A DNA stretch of 32,000 bases from Acaryochloris marina MBIC11017 (GCF_000018105.1 NC_009928.1:150001-182000), one strand, 5' to 3'. Shown: positions 19,099 through 28,734, counted from the first letter of the stretch. Notes: generated by a model not told the origin, from the sequence alone. A program made the numbers and translations.

Positions 19099-20399
19099 GG
19101 TGATTTCCTGAAAAGAAGCCCCGTACTAAATTGGATGGATTAGGATGTCCCACTTGGGTAACTGAGGATGTCTCTCCAATCGTTTCTCAATGCCTTTCAT
19201 TGCTTGTTTAGTAAGCGAAATTCCTGTTTCATAAATCTTCTGTGTCACAGTTACAACGGGGTGATTCCCCTTCCAAGTCATGGTGCTAGCCCATCCCAAC
19301 AGGGTATCAACATCGGTTAATAAGGTTCCGTTCCAGTGTTGCTCCACAATCCCCCAACATCGCTCAATGGGGTTGTACTTGCTGTGATAAGGCGGATAGT
19401 ACAGGAGTTGAATAGCGGTGCCGATGTGATCGCTAAATGCCACCAGTCGATTGAGGAACTGAGTGCGTACCCCACTATTCTCAGGACCGTTATCCAACTT
19501 GATCTGGATGAGCTGCAGGGTTTGCTGTTCGGTGGGGGCCAGGGTGTTCCACCAATCCTGGAGATTATCGACCATAAAATCGCTCGTTTTGTGAGAATGG
19601 CCAAAAATGATGTGTAACGTATCGGTGTCCTCCTCTAGGATGCCGCAGGGAATATATTTTGGCCCACTCCCCATATCGTGATCACAGGCTTTCGTTTGGG
19701 TTCGAGTCTTGCCCCGACGAGAGGACGCCCCTAGTTCAACGGTGGCTTTGCAATCGATGCTCAATCGTTTGACGGTACCGTCATGGTCTTTCAGGTCTTT
19801 GTGTTTGAGATTGGCAAAGATGGCATCGGTTTCCGGCAGTTTTTTGGGGGTTTAGCTTTGAGGACACGGCGGAGTCGATAGCCTAACCGATTCAAGACGA
19901 CGGCCATGGTACTCTTTGCCGGTACAGACTTGGGGGGAAATCCTTGCGTTCTCAAGTGGGTAATAGCGGCAGCCGCTGTTAAGCGGGTATAGGCAGTTGA
20001 GCTGGAAAAGGTGGGGTCTTGTTGGCAATGGGCTTCTGCAAGCTCCCGTAAGGCGGCTGCGACCTCTGGGTGAAGGTCTTACCAACGTTTCCTGCCACAG
20101 AAACCCGACTGAGCACCCACACAAATCATGCCTGTTCGCTTCTCACCTAAACCTGTTGCCACCGTATTTCGACCCCAGCCAAAGATAATTTCTGTGAGAT
20201 TGGGGTTCCCGTCACAGTATTTGAGGGCGATGTCTGCCTGGAAAGCCCGGCGGCGGACTCCTGTCATTTTCGAGGAGGCAAATTTCAGATCTTCAAGTTG
20301 ATTCCAGGTTAATTGGTCATGCATGCTCAGAGTTAGATTCAATGCATCACTATTACATTCTGTGGTCAGAAGTATGTGAGGTCTTTCCTAGAAATCGCC
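19099..20399 (-). mobile_element. ISAzo13-family insertion sequence (1301 bp) nested in the ISL3 transposase gene
   Basis: Imperfect inverted repeats pair GGTGATTTCCTGAAAAGAAGCC (19099-19120) with GAGGTCTTTCCTAGAAATCGCC (20378-20399). A TAA duplication lies at 19096-19098 and 20400-20402. Excision restores the host frame. Confidence 0.8.
19126..20342 (-). pseudogene. ISAzo13-family (Rhodopirellula-type DDE) transposase, nonsense plus frameshift
   Basis: IKLDNGPENSGVRTQF, LLYYPPYHSKYNPIERCWGIVEQHWNG and MTWKGNHPVV are family motifs. An in-frame TAA lies at 20079-20081. A frameshift occurs in the homopolymer tract at 19840-19845 (KAKPPK/KLPETDAIFANLKHKD). Confidence 0.85.
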
Positions 20400-21609
20400 T
20401 AAGAGTCATACACGATGTAGACGAAGTGGTCTAGATCGATACACACCATATCTTCTTGAGCAGTGGAACAATGGTCATCAAAATACCAAACAACTGTTTG
20501 AAGCGATTCAGCAGCAGGGTTACAAAGGTAGTTATGCGACCATTGCCCGCTATACTCACCAATTTCGTGTGTCTTCACAACCACGGCCTAAACGCGACTC
20601 ACTTAATCAACTACCTGGGCTTGGACCTGCTCCTCCGACCGAATCGAAGCCCCAAAAGCCTTTGACTGTCTGCAGTGCTGCTTGGTTGGTGATGCGTAAG
20701 CTAGAGCATCTTACTGAAGAGGATGAAGGGGTGCTAGAGCAATTGAGTCAGCAATCTGAGCTATTGGAAGAGATTGGCCTAGCTCAAAGTTTTCTATTCA
20801 TCGTCAGGAAGTGATTACCCCAACATCTAGACCTGTGGTTAGACAGAGCGAAAAATAGTGCACTCAGACCTTTTAAGAGTTTTGCGATAGGATTGCTGGA
20901 TGACTACAAAGCGGTCAAAGCTGCCCTGACTCTAGAGGTTAGCAATGGCCAAGTTGAGGGACAAAATAACCGTTTGAAGATGGTGAAGCGCCAAATGTAT
21001 GGGAGAGCTGGCCTCGACCTTTTGAATAAACGCTTGGTACTGATGAGCTGAAAGGATGTTTAGGTAAAGCTTTGAGTACGTTTACTCTGCATCACCAAAA
21101 GTGGACTAGATCCCGAAGATGCGCAAATACGCAAATGACAAGTCAGCCCTCAGATTCAAGATCCGAAGGCTGGAGAGCAGAGAAATTTAAAAAAGAAATT
21201 GAAAAGCTGGCCAGCGGTTTTTATCGGTAGAGGATAAGTCCCTCCCCTAACTATCTTCTTAAAATGAAGAAGTTGAACTTATCTTAAGCATCAGATTAAC
21301 TTATCTAAAGTTTATTAATTAATATCCTTTACAATTTTTTTATATTTAACATTGCCATATATCTATTCCCGACTGCTGCACCAAAGTCATATTCCACAAA
21401 ACTTGGCTCTGGGAGAAGGATAGACCATCGGAGTCGTCATTAATTCATCTGGCTATTGAAAGAGTTAGCACACAGTTATTCAATGAGGAGCGATAGCCAT
21501 TTTTATGGTTCTTTACTCAGCTTTCAGTTAGAAGAATGAATCAAGAGCATTGAAAGAGATGGCATAAACCTCTTTCTCTTTTCCCATGGACTTCCATTAG
21601 CAGATAACC

Positions 21610-21834
21610 GTGACGTACTCCAGACGTTGATGCAAGCATACAACGCTGGCTTCTTCAGTCTTTCAACTTTCACGTTTTGGAGTGAGGCGACGCCCAAATC
21701 CACTGTCGGAGAGGCAATTAGCACGTCCTCCAATGCTTTTATTACTTTTTCATGGTAAGGTTCCCTTCACTCACGGGCCTCTCATCCCAGCGTTGATTGA
21801 CTTGTTTTGCTCTCAATTCAACGCGGAGCTCCCC
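21610..21834. repeat. 225-bp structured noncoding repeat, copy B
   Basis: This is the full-length counterpart of 2744-2968, with the same sharp GTGACGTACTCC boundary. Track ORF 21524..21733 runs across it but is not conserved in copy A. Confidence 0.7.
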
Positions 21835-22142
21835 TAACCCCAGTTCTGGTTAAGCCCATTTTTGAGCCCCTTCTACGAAAGAATGAAGGTTTCAGCCCAC
21901 GCAAGAATAAGGGTCTTAGCTTATCCCGAACTCAGGTTTCCCTACTACTATGCTAAAGTTTTGGCGCATGACAAGGAAAACACCAACTCTACTGCGGCGA
22001 TTGATTTGACTAATCCTGTTTATTTTTTTCCCAGGGCTGCTCTTGAGTCTCTATAGCTTTATCCGCTGGCGATTCTGACTAGATGGGGTACTGTGTAGCT
22101 TAGCCCTCCGCCCGATTCATTGTTGGTGAATCTTTCTTCTCA

Positions 22143-22358
22143 TCAAGCCATCAATGAGTCAGATACATCACGAATTAACATCATGTGAGTATTCAAGTAG
22201 CCTTCCACTGCTTTCCGTTCTTCGGTTTTCAGGTGTTGGCGGCGCTCTAAATGAGACAGTACCCAGGTCACTAAACCCGAGTCGTCTAGTTTATCAAGAG
22301 AATGCTGGGGAAGCTCTTCTATCATTTGCCAGAGTCGGCGCAAAAGGGGAGGAGACAT
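22143..22358 (-). CDS. Hypothetical small protein (71 aa)
   Basis: An ATG is preceded by an AGGTGG Shine-Dalgarno about 9 nt upstream. The product is acidic and helical (LWQMIEELPQHSLDKLDDSGLVTWVLSHLE). I recognise no family. Confidence 0.4.
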   Translation of the reverse strand: MSPPLLRRLWQMIEELPQHSLDKLDDSGLVTWVLSHLERRQHLKTEERKAVEGYLNTHMMLIRDVSDSLMA

Positions 22359-22398
22359 AGCAGTTTAACCACCTAATGATTTTGACACGGGTATAATG

Positions 22399-22570
22399 GG
22401 ATCTTGTCCACTTTTGGTGATCTGAGTAAGAAATACAATTTAGAACCTCATTACTTACCAAATTGACTGAGGTTCATAACGCTATTCCAAGGGTTTCAGC
22501 CTTGTTTAGTCTTAATTTGTGAGCAGAATTACAACACATTTTTCTGGATCACCAAAAGTGGACAAGATCC
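22399..22570. repeat. 172-bp MITE derived from an ISL3-family element
   Basis: A perfect 24-bp inverted repeat GGATCTTGTCCACTTTTGGTGATC lies at 22399-22422 and 22547-22570, matching the ISL3 IR at 18003 in 22 of 24 positions. It is flanked by an 8-bp direct repeat GTATAATG at 22391-22398 and 22571-22578. There is no ORF. Confidence 0.88.
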
Positions 22571-22716
22571 GTATAATGGCTGATTTATAACTAAATTTAA
22601 TATTTTCTTAAAATATTTCACTACTCTAATCTTACAGCCTAGTCTTTATCGTTAGGACAAAAAAAGCATCTTTACGGCCAGTCACCGAAGTATATTGAGA
22701 AGTACTACCTTTTATG

Positions 22717-22752
22717 AAAAACCTCCCAACACGAAAAGGGTGAGAGGTTTTT
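22717..22752. terminator. Bidirectional terminator-like hairpin
   Basis: AAAAACCTC (22717-22725) pairs with GAGGTTTTT (22744-22752), with an A-run before and a T-run after. No intact gene is obviously served by it. Confidence 0.3.
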
Positions 22753-22761
22753 ACCTAGTTA

Positions 22762-22884
22762 AATCAACTACCCCGCTGCAAGCAGACGGGGTATGGGAGA
22801 TGTATCGCTCCCAATCCGCAGGCTTGGATTGTGATCTTTGTTCTTCGTTGCTAGCAACGGGGAATGTACCCTGACTAGATTCAA
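22762..22884 (-). repeat. 123-bp MITE-like repeat, copy 4 (inverted, diverged)
   Basis: It has the same length and ends as copies 1-3, and its terminal hairpin CCCCGTCTGCTTGCAGCGGGG is identical. The first hairpin reads CGTTG-CTAG-CAACG instead of CGCTG-CTTG-CAGCG, which is a compensatory C-G to U-A change. Confidence 0.75.
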
Positions 22885-23018
22885 TTGAGACAATTTTAGC
22901 CTCGGTGCCATCACTGCAGCCTGTTTTTTATTGCTCGTTCTGCTGCACTTTTTGCTTGGGTCGTTGTTGCTGAGTAATTCGACCCTGAGCCCTCCTTACC
23001 GTGCGAGAAATCGCCATC

Positions 23019-23898
23019 GTGCAGCAAAAAAGTGTGGGTTTGCTAAACCGATAGGGAGTTGAGTTGTCCTATCTCCTGATGCAAAGTCCTCTATGTGATC
23101 ACCCTAAGATCCATAAACCTGGCAAGACCAGCAAAGGTAGTCAACGCTATCGCTGCTTGGACTGTCAACAAACTTTCAGTGAGACCTTTGATACCCTTTA
23201 TTATCGCCTTCAGATCTCCTCTGAAATGATCCAGGCCATTCTTCAAGCTCATGCTGAAGGGAGTATCTCGCATCAGGGGTGCAGCCCATAACACCTGTGT
23301 GGTGTAGTTCGTTCAGTGAGTCATAAAGCCCAATTGAATCACTCTGTAGAAGTTAAGGCCGTTTCGACCAATGTCATTCATGCAAATGAGTTGTGGTCCT
23401 TTGTCAAAAAAAGCAAAAGTACTGTGAACCGAAGGAGTTGAGCGTAGGCGATTGCTGAATAGCCTTGAGTCTCGCTAAAGACAGTGGTCTCGTGCTCAGT
23501 GGGCGTATTGGCAAACATACCAACGAGCTAGCTCAAGCACTAATTGAGAATGCCGAAGGCAAAACCAACTGACATCATAGTCAGACGGATGGTTAGGAAG
23601 GATACTCACGTTAATTACCCCTTGAGGTAGTCCATGCAGTGAGTAAAGCCCCGACACAATGGTTAGAGCGGACCAATGGGCTATTGCGCAAACAGATCGG
23701 GCGTTGGCATTGACGACAGAATAAATTTTGCAAAGTCTGGCAACAGAGTTTGATGACTTTAAGATTGGTGCTGAGCTATTTCAACTGGATCTGGTGCCAC
23801 TCTCGATTCAAGAACACGGCTGCCCAACAAGCCGGATTGACGTAGCATCCTTGGAGATGGCAAGACTTAGCTTTCTATCCCACACTTTATTGATGCAC
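23019..23898 (+). pseudogene. Degenerate IS1-family element (transposase riddled with stops)
   Basis: Imperfect inverted repeats pair GTGCAGCAAAAAAGTGTGGG (23019-23038) with CCCACACTTTATTGATGCAC (23879-23898). A zinc-finger InsA-like N terminus (track ORF 23064..23291, GSQRYRCLDCQQTF) is followed by NELWSFVKK, TDGWEGY and LERTNGLLRKQIGRWH fragments in several frames with stops. Confidence 0.65.
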
Positions 23899-23960
23899 AA
23901 TCAAATATAGGGGGTTAACTTCACGCACTAAGCTTGATTACTTTGTGATTTAGGAGTGGG

Positions 23961-24947
23961 CTACCCAGTTCTGACGGATTCATGGCGGGTCCTCCAAGCG
24001 CCTGGAGGTTCGCCAAAATAACGCTTAAAAGCGCGAGTGAAAGCAGCCAAATTGTCGTAACCGACATCCGAGGCAATTTCATAGATATTTTTCTCAGTCC
24101 TGTTGAGGAGACGGCTTGCTATATGAAGACGCCACTTAGAGACGTAGGTCATTGGACCTTCCCCGAGGGTTGTTTTGAAGCGGGCTGCAAATCGTGACGG
24201 AGATAACTCGACACTTTGCGCTAGGCTATCGACCGACCAATCATGGCCGGGTTGAGCATGGATTTTCGCCAATGCTCGACTGATAATCGGATCGCGAAGT
24301 CCTGTTAACCAACTGGGGTCTTGAGGATGCAACCTCGCCATGTAGGATCGCACGGCTCCAGCACAGAGTAATTCCAGGAGTCTTTCGACCATAAAACTAC
24401 TGCCTGCTGATGGTTTATCCAACTCTTTGGCAATTAAGCTAGCCACACCCGTTAGATTCTGAAAGGATTCCACCTGAGAAACGGGGGCATGCAGTACCGG
24501 GGGCAGTGCAGCAAAGAGAGGGTTGAGGTATGTATCTCGTAGGTAAAAAATCCCACATAGACATAACAGGGAACTGCTCCGTGCATCCGCTGAACAGCGA
24601 AAGGGGATCTCTCCACCGCTTAATACATATTCCACTGAAATGCTTGGGGGCTCCGTACCTTGTGAAATTTGGTGAGGTGAACCGCTGAAGCAAATCACCA
24701 TTTCTCCAGCTTCTACGACCATCGGCTTCACCCCTAGTTGGGGTGAGGTTAGCTCAATGTAGCCTCGCTCAACCAGATGAAAAGCCACTGCTCGGGTGCC
24801 CGTTTGAACCCTTAGGAGCTTACCTAGTTGTTGGGCACCGGGGACTGAAATGGCCCAAGGTGCAGTGTAGGACTCATGCAGCAAGAGGCTCCCACAAATG
24901 TCTAGCGAGTTTAAAACATCACTCAAAATATCGAATTCAAAATTCAT
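23961..24947 (-). CDS. AraC-family transcriptional regulator with an N-terminal cupin-type sensor domain
   Basis: The product is 328 aa. The C terminus has a double HTH (LAQSVELSPSRFAARFKTTLGEGPMTYVSKWRLHIA...DVGYDNLAAFTRAFKRYFGEPPGAWR). The gene is divergent from the MAPEG-SDR pair. Confidence 0.9.
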   Translation of the reverse strand: MNFEFDILSDVLNSLDICGSLLLHESYTAPWAISVPGAQQLGKLLRVQTGTRAVAFHLVERGYIELTSPQLGVKPMVVEAGEMVICFSGSPHQISQGTEPPSISVEYVLSGGEIPFRCSADARSSSLLCLCGIFYLRDTYLNPLFAALPPVLHAPVSQVESFQNLTGVASLIAKELDKPSAGSSFMVERLLELLCAGAVRSYMARLHPQDPSWLTGLRDPIISRALAKIHAQPGHDWSVDSLAQSVELSPSRFAARFKTTLGEGPMTYVSKWRLHIASRLLNRTEKNIYEIASDVGYDNLAAFTRAFKRYFGEPPGAWRTRHESVRTG

Positions 24948-25079
24948 TTCAGTAGTTTCAGCATAATAAAAAGTAGTTTTAGCGATTTATTCTCTTGTTG
25001 ATTTACTTTAATCTGCATATTAAGTTCTATCGCATTATGAACACCACCGTAATCATTCATACCTAGGAGATGAATAGCA

Positions 25080-25490
25080 ATGACAACGGAATTGTTTTGG
25101 TTAACGCTAACGGTGACATTAACAGGTCTATTTTGGATGCCTTATGTGGCCAACCGGATGCTAGAAATAGGAGTGATGGGGGCAATGAGAAATCCCACGA
25201 CTGATGCGGCTCCGAAAGCAGCTTGGGCGGAGCGGATGATCCATGCTCACTCAAATGCAGTGGAAAACTTAATGATTTTTGCGCCGTTGGTTGGCATCGC
25301 TGCGATCGCAAATATTTCCACCCCTACGACTGTCGCTGCCTGCCAGCTTTACTTCTTTGCACGACTTGCCCACTATTTGATTTATACCTTCGGCATTCCT
25401 TTCCTCCGCACAGTTGCGTTTATTGCTGGCTTTGTCGCCCAGATGACTCTTGCAGCCGCTATTCTTGGCGCTGGCTTACCTTTACAATAA
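25080..25490 (+). CDS. MAPEG-family membrane protein
   Basis: The product is 136 aa with four hydrophobic segments and the motif HSNAVENLMIFAPL. An AGGAG Shine-Dalgarno lies upstream. Confidence 0.75.
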   Translation: MTTELFWLTLTVTLTGLFWMPYVANRMLEIGVMGAMRNPTTDAAPKAAWAERMIHAHSNAVENLMIFAPLVGIAAIANISTPTTVAACQLYFFARLAHYLIYTFGIPFLRTVAFIAGFVAQMTLAAAILGAGLPLQ

Positions 25491-25500
25491 CTACGTCGCC

Positions 25501-26187
25501 ATGAATAATACTCAACCCTTTATGCTGGTGGCGGGTGCTGGTGCTGGGCTTGGTCAGTCACTTCTCCGCCGCTTCCAAGCAGGGGGCTACACTTCCATCG
25601 GGTTGGTCCGGTCCTTACCCGAGGGCAAGACCGATCTTGAGCTAAGACAGGTAGACCTGAGCCATACAGAGACAGCCTCAGCCCTGATTACTGAATTGAT
25701 CACCACCTATGGCCCCCCTCAAGTTGTGGTACATAACACTGCACAACTTGTGATTCAACCCTTTGCTGAAACAACACTCGATGACTTTGAACAATGTTGG
25801 CAGTCCATGGTGAAAACAGCCATCGTCGTCGCTCAGTCAGTTCTAGAACCGATTGTACGCGGCGGTGGTGGCGCTTTCATCGTCTCTGGTGCAACCGCTA
25901 GTCTTCGGGGTAGTGCTAAGTTCTCCGCCTTTGCATCAGCCAAGTTTGCCCTAAGAGGACTGACTCAATCCATCGCTCGTGAATACCAACCAGCAGGTAT
26001 CCATGTGGTCCACACTATTCTTGATGGGATCATTGATACGGAGCGGAGCCGACTGTTACACAGTCTCGACCCAGCCAAGATGCTTAAGCCAGAAGATATT
26101 GCCGAAGTCTATTGGCAATTGGCTCATCAACCGACATCCGCATGGTCCCATGAGATAGACCTTCGTCCTTATACCGAATCATTTTAA
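25501..26187 (+). CDS. Short-chain dehydrogenase/reductase (SDR) family oxidoreductase
   Basis: The Rossmann motif VAGAGAGLGQSL, NTAQ and SGATASLRGSAKFSAFASAKFALRG (YxxxK-like region) support the call. I prefer the ATG at 25501 over the track start at 25450, which overlaps the MAPEG gene. Confidence 0.85.
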   Translation: MNNTQPFMLVAGAGAGLGQSLLRRFQAGGYTSIGLVRSLPEGKTDLELRQVDLSHTETASALITELITTYGPPQVVVHNTAQLVIQPFAETTLDDFEQCWQSMVKTAIVVAQSVLEPIVRGGGGAFIVSGATASLRGSAKFSAFASAKFALRGLTQSIAREYQPAGIHVVHTILDGIIDTERSRLLHSLDPAKMLKPEDIAEVYWQLAHQPTSAWSHEIDLRPYTESF

Positions 26188-26365
26188 GTGAGCCAGGAAT
26201 GGATAAAAATATTTTGAGTGGGGGGGAATTGCGGGGCATGCCGTTGTCAGACCCCTCTATAAGATGAATCTTCATTGTGCAGAACTGTATAATTCGATAC
26301 AGTATTAGTAAGATTCAAACCAGCCCGATAAGACCGTTATCGACTTTAGATAAACCAAACTTAAG

Positions 26366-27295
26366 ATGGCCCAGTTAACGGTTAGTGAGGTTCTTTCAAA
26401 GGCTCAGAATCAGCAATCTTTGCACTGTACTGAACTTAGTCATATCAATTTAACGGGAGCGCTACTAAGGGGATGCAATTTTTCGCAGGCTTATTTAAGA
26501 GGCGCTAACTTAGCCAAATCAATTTGTGATGAGGCTGATTTTTCATTAGCGACCCTTGTCCTGGCTATTTTGTCAGGTGCTTCACTTGAACGGGCTTGTC
26601 TTAGAAAAGCAGAATTGACCAAAGCAAAGCTTGATCGGGGAGTCTTTCATGAACTAAATGCCCCTCAAGCAAAATTTCATGGTGCAGATTTACATGAAGC
26701 CGATCTATCATTTGCCACGCTCTTGAACGCAGATTTATCAGCAGCCATAGGGCCGGGGGCAAATTTCAAAAATAGTAACCTGCAAGAGTCAACCTTAAGT
26801 AATGGTAATTTCAATGGTGCCAGTTTTAGGGGGGCTAAGGTGGTCCGCAGTGTGGGTCAGCGTTCTACGTTGAACGAAGCGGTTTTTCTCTTGGCTGATC
26901 TGGAAGCGGCTGAGTTTGAAGAGGTTCAAGCTCCAGAAGCTGACTTTACCAAAGCAGAATTAATCAATGCCAATTTCCAGCAATCCAATTTAAGTCATGC
27001 TGTTCTGCGTCAAGTGCAAGGAGATTGGGGCAAGTTCAATGGTGCTTCCTTGAATTGTACAGATTGGCAAGACTCGATGCTCTTTGGAGCCCAATTTGAG
27101 GGTTCAGACCTTACAGGAGCTAACTTCACTGGGGTGAATCTGCAGCAGGCCAACTTGGAGAGGGCAAACTTGTCTGATGTGAACTGGAGCAATGCGCAAG
27201 TCAGCGGTGCCCTCATGACGGATGTCCAAGGTTTAACACCACAAGAAGGCCGAGAGCTCAATGAGAGAGGAGCTCTAAATGTCTCCCAAGCATAA
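26366..27295 (+). CDS. Pentapeptide-repeat protein (309 aa)
   Basis: A(D/N)LxX pentads run throughout the product (LTGALLRGCNFSQAYLRGANLAKS..., ANLERANLSDVNWSNAQVSGA). Confidence 0.9.
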   Translation: MAQLTVSEVLSKAQNQQSLHCTELSHINLTGALLRGCNFSQAYLRGANLAKSICDEADFSLATLVLAILSGASLERACLRKAELTKAKLDRGVFHELNAPQAKFHGADLHEADLSFATLLNADLSAAIGPGANFKNSNLQESTLSNGNFNGASFRGAKVVRSVGQRSTLNEAVFLLADLEAAEFEEVQAPEADFTKAELINANFQQSNLSHAVLRQVQGDWGKFNGASLNCTDWQDSMLFGAQFEGSDLTGANFTGVNLQQANLERANLSDVNWSNAQVSGALMTDVQGLTPQEGRELNERGALNVSQA

Positions 27296-27310
27296 AACAG
27301 CAATTGGATC

Positions 27311-28165
27311 ATGAATGCTCAGACAGATTGTGATAAAAAAGCCCTCCGCTGTTCCAAAGACCTGCAGAAGTTTTGGGAAAAGTACCATGCTTCTGAGCGT
27401 CAATTTGCTGGGACTAACTTGCCGGGTGCCAACTTTTATCAGATGAACCTCAGTGGCTTTGATTTCAGTCATAGCCGTTTATCAGAAGTGAATCTGATTT
27501 GGGCAGATATCAGCGGAGTGAATTTTAAGGCGAGCAAATTACAAAGGAGTCTTGCTATCTGGGTTCAGGCGTATTGGGCCGATTTTTCTGATGCTGATCT
27601 TCGCCATGCAGATTTCAGTTGCGCCAAGCTGAGTGCTGCTCAGCTAAAGCGAACAGATTTCAGTCAGGCTAACTTGATGGGGGCGGATCTGTCTGACAGC
27701 GTGGCGCAGGATTCTTGCTTTAAGGGAGCTAATCTCTGGGGCGTGTGGGCACAGCGCGCTAATCTGACCAATGCATGTTTGTCTCATGTGGACATGGCTA
27801 CTGCAAAGCTAACAGGGGCTCAATTATTGGACTCAGATTTAAGTTGGAGTTGTCTATCTCAGGCTGTCTGCAAGGGTGCTAATTTGACCTCAGCCTGCCT
27901 GGAAGGCAGTGATTTGAGAAAAATTGATTTTCGAGATGCCTGTCTAAGTCGAGCAGATTTAAGTGTGACGGACTGTCAGGATGCATGTTTCTTCAAGGCC
28001 AATTTGTATGGGGCAGACCTAAGAGGGGCAAATCTCACCCATGCCAACTTCACGGGTGCTGATATTAGTGGCGCAATATTGCCTGAAGAGTATGCTTCAA
28101 AGTTGGAAGCCTTAGGACATCAACAGGCTCCAAGTGGAGAAAGATGGAATATTCAGTTGCCTTAG
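27311..28165 (+). CDS. Pentapeptide-repeat protein (284 aa)
   Basis: Pentads run throughout the product (ANLMGADLSDS, ANLWGVWAQRANLTNACLSHVDM, ANLYGADLRGANLTHANFTGADISGA). It starts 15 nt after the previous stop. Confidence 0.9.
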   Translation: MNAQTDCDKKALRCSKDLQKFWEKYHASERQFAGTNLPGANFYQMNLSGFDFSHSRLSEVNLIWADISGVNFKASKLQRSLAIWVQAYWADFSDADLRHADFSCAKLSAAQLKRTDFSQANLMGADLSDSVAQDSCFKGANLWGVWAQRANLTNACLSHVDMATAKLTGAQLLDSDLSWSCLSQAVCKGANLTSACLEGSDLRKIDFRDACLSRADLSVTDCQDACFFKANLYGADLRGANLTHANFTGADISGAILPEEYASKLEALGHQQAPSGERWNIQLP

Positions 28166-28259
28166 AGTGTTTTGAAGTATGGGAATTAAAGTGTTTAAGA
28201 TCCCAATTTTTTTCAGGAAGGGTCTTTTGCAGGAGAGGCTGACCATCTTCATCCAACAT

Positions 28260-28382
28260 TTCAATCTAGTGAGGGTAGATTCCCCGCTGCTTGCAGCGAA
28301 GAAATGGGATTGTAATCCAAATCTACGGTTTGGGAGCAAATCGTATTCCATACCCCGTCTGCTTGCAGCGGGGCAGTTGATT
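28260..28382 (+). repeat. 123-bp MITE-like repeat, copy 3
   Basis: By eye it is identical to copies 1 and 2. It lies 95 nt downstream of the second pentapeptide gene and overlaps the 3' end of the minus-strand ORF 28323..28631. Confidence 0.85.
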
Positions 28383-28631
28383 GAGGGATCGACAATTACC
28401 AAATAAACGTTCAGCAAAATAGTTTGGCATCCATGAAAACATATTGTGTTTATGACATCCACTTATTAAGTTATTAACAGCGTTTACTTTTTTATCACTG
28501 CATGGACTGTTTAAAATTGAATAATCTTGCCTTACGGCTTCTTCTCGGACATATTTTTCAACGCCGATGAGAATAGAAATAATAAATATTGAAAAAACTA
28601 TACCCCAGCCGCCCATTTTCACCTGCTTCAA
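28323..28631 (-). CDS. Hypothetical small membrane protein whose last 20 codons are supplied by the MITE
   Basis: A TTG start follows a GGAG about 9 nt upstream. The N terminus has a hydrophobic helix (GGWGIVFSIFIISILIGV). The reading frame runs into repeat copy 3 at 28382, so the 3' end is probably not native. Confidence 0.3.
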   Translation of the reverse strand: MKQVKMGGWGIVFSIFIISILIGVEKYVREEAVRQDYSILNSPCSDKKVNAVNNLISGCHKHNMFSWMPNYFAERLFGNCRSLNQLPRCKQTGYGIRFAPKP

Positions 28632-28734
28632 TTAAGAACACTCCTTCTTTTCTAAAGCTGTTTTTGGTATATCTCAGCATAAGCACATAATCACAAAGGT
28701 AGTTTAGACATCTTGCAATATTCATTTGACGATG

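Larger units (their letters stand above)
18071..21051 (+). pseudogene. ISL3-family transposase, interrupted by an IS and by one in-frame TGA
   Basis: It carries the zinc-finger CPVCH...[31 protein letters not shown] and [11 protein letters not shown] motifs. After deleting 19099-20402 the frame continues as ...TFPEYKSHTRCRRSGLDRYTPYLLEQWNNG. A TGA at 20812-20814 is in frame, and LTLEVSNGQVEGQNNRLKMVKRQMYGRA follows. Confidence 0.85.
18003..21114 (+). mobile_element. ISL3-family insertion sequence carrying a nested ISAzo13-family element
   Basis: A perfect 26-bp inverted repeat GGGATCTAGTCCACTTTTGGTGATGC lies at 18003-18028 and 21089-21114. The 8-bp flanks differ (TTCACCTC versus GAAGATGC), so there is no intact target duplication. 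Confidence 0.85.

Noticed and set aside
21524-22056. ORFs 21524..21733 (minus) and 21862..22056 (plus), considered as possible genes next to repeat copy B.
   Set aside because: The first runs through the 225-bp repeat, and the same frame is stopped in copy A, so it is not conserved coding sequence. The second lacks a Shine-Dalgarno and any recognisable motif. I left both unannotated.
25450-25500. The track's start for the SDR ORF at 25450.
   Set aside because: It would overlap the last 41 nt of the MAPEG gene and add a non-Rossmann leader. The ATG at 25501 places the GAGAGLG motif at the usual distance from the N terminus.
3066-28382. Four copies of a 123-bp repeat, considered as a possible CRISPR array or repeated gene (track ORFs 15221..15430 and 28112..28462 share the peptide MEYDLLPNRRFGLQSHFFAASSGESTLTRLK).
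   Set aside because: The copies are kilobases apart, in both orientations, and too long for CRISPR repeats, and no cas genes are present. The shared peptide is just translation of the repeat. The ORFs differ outside it and have no start context.
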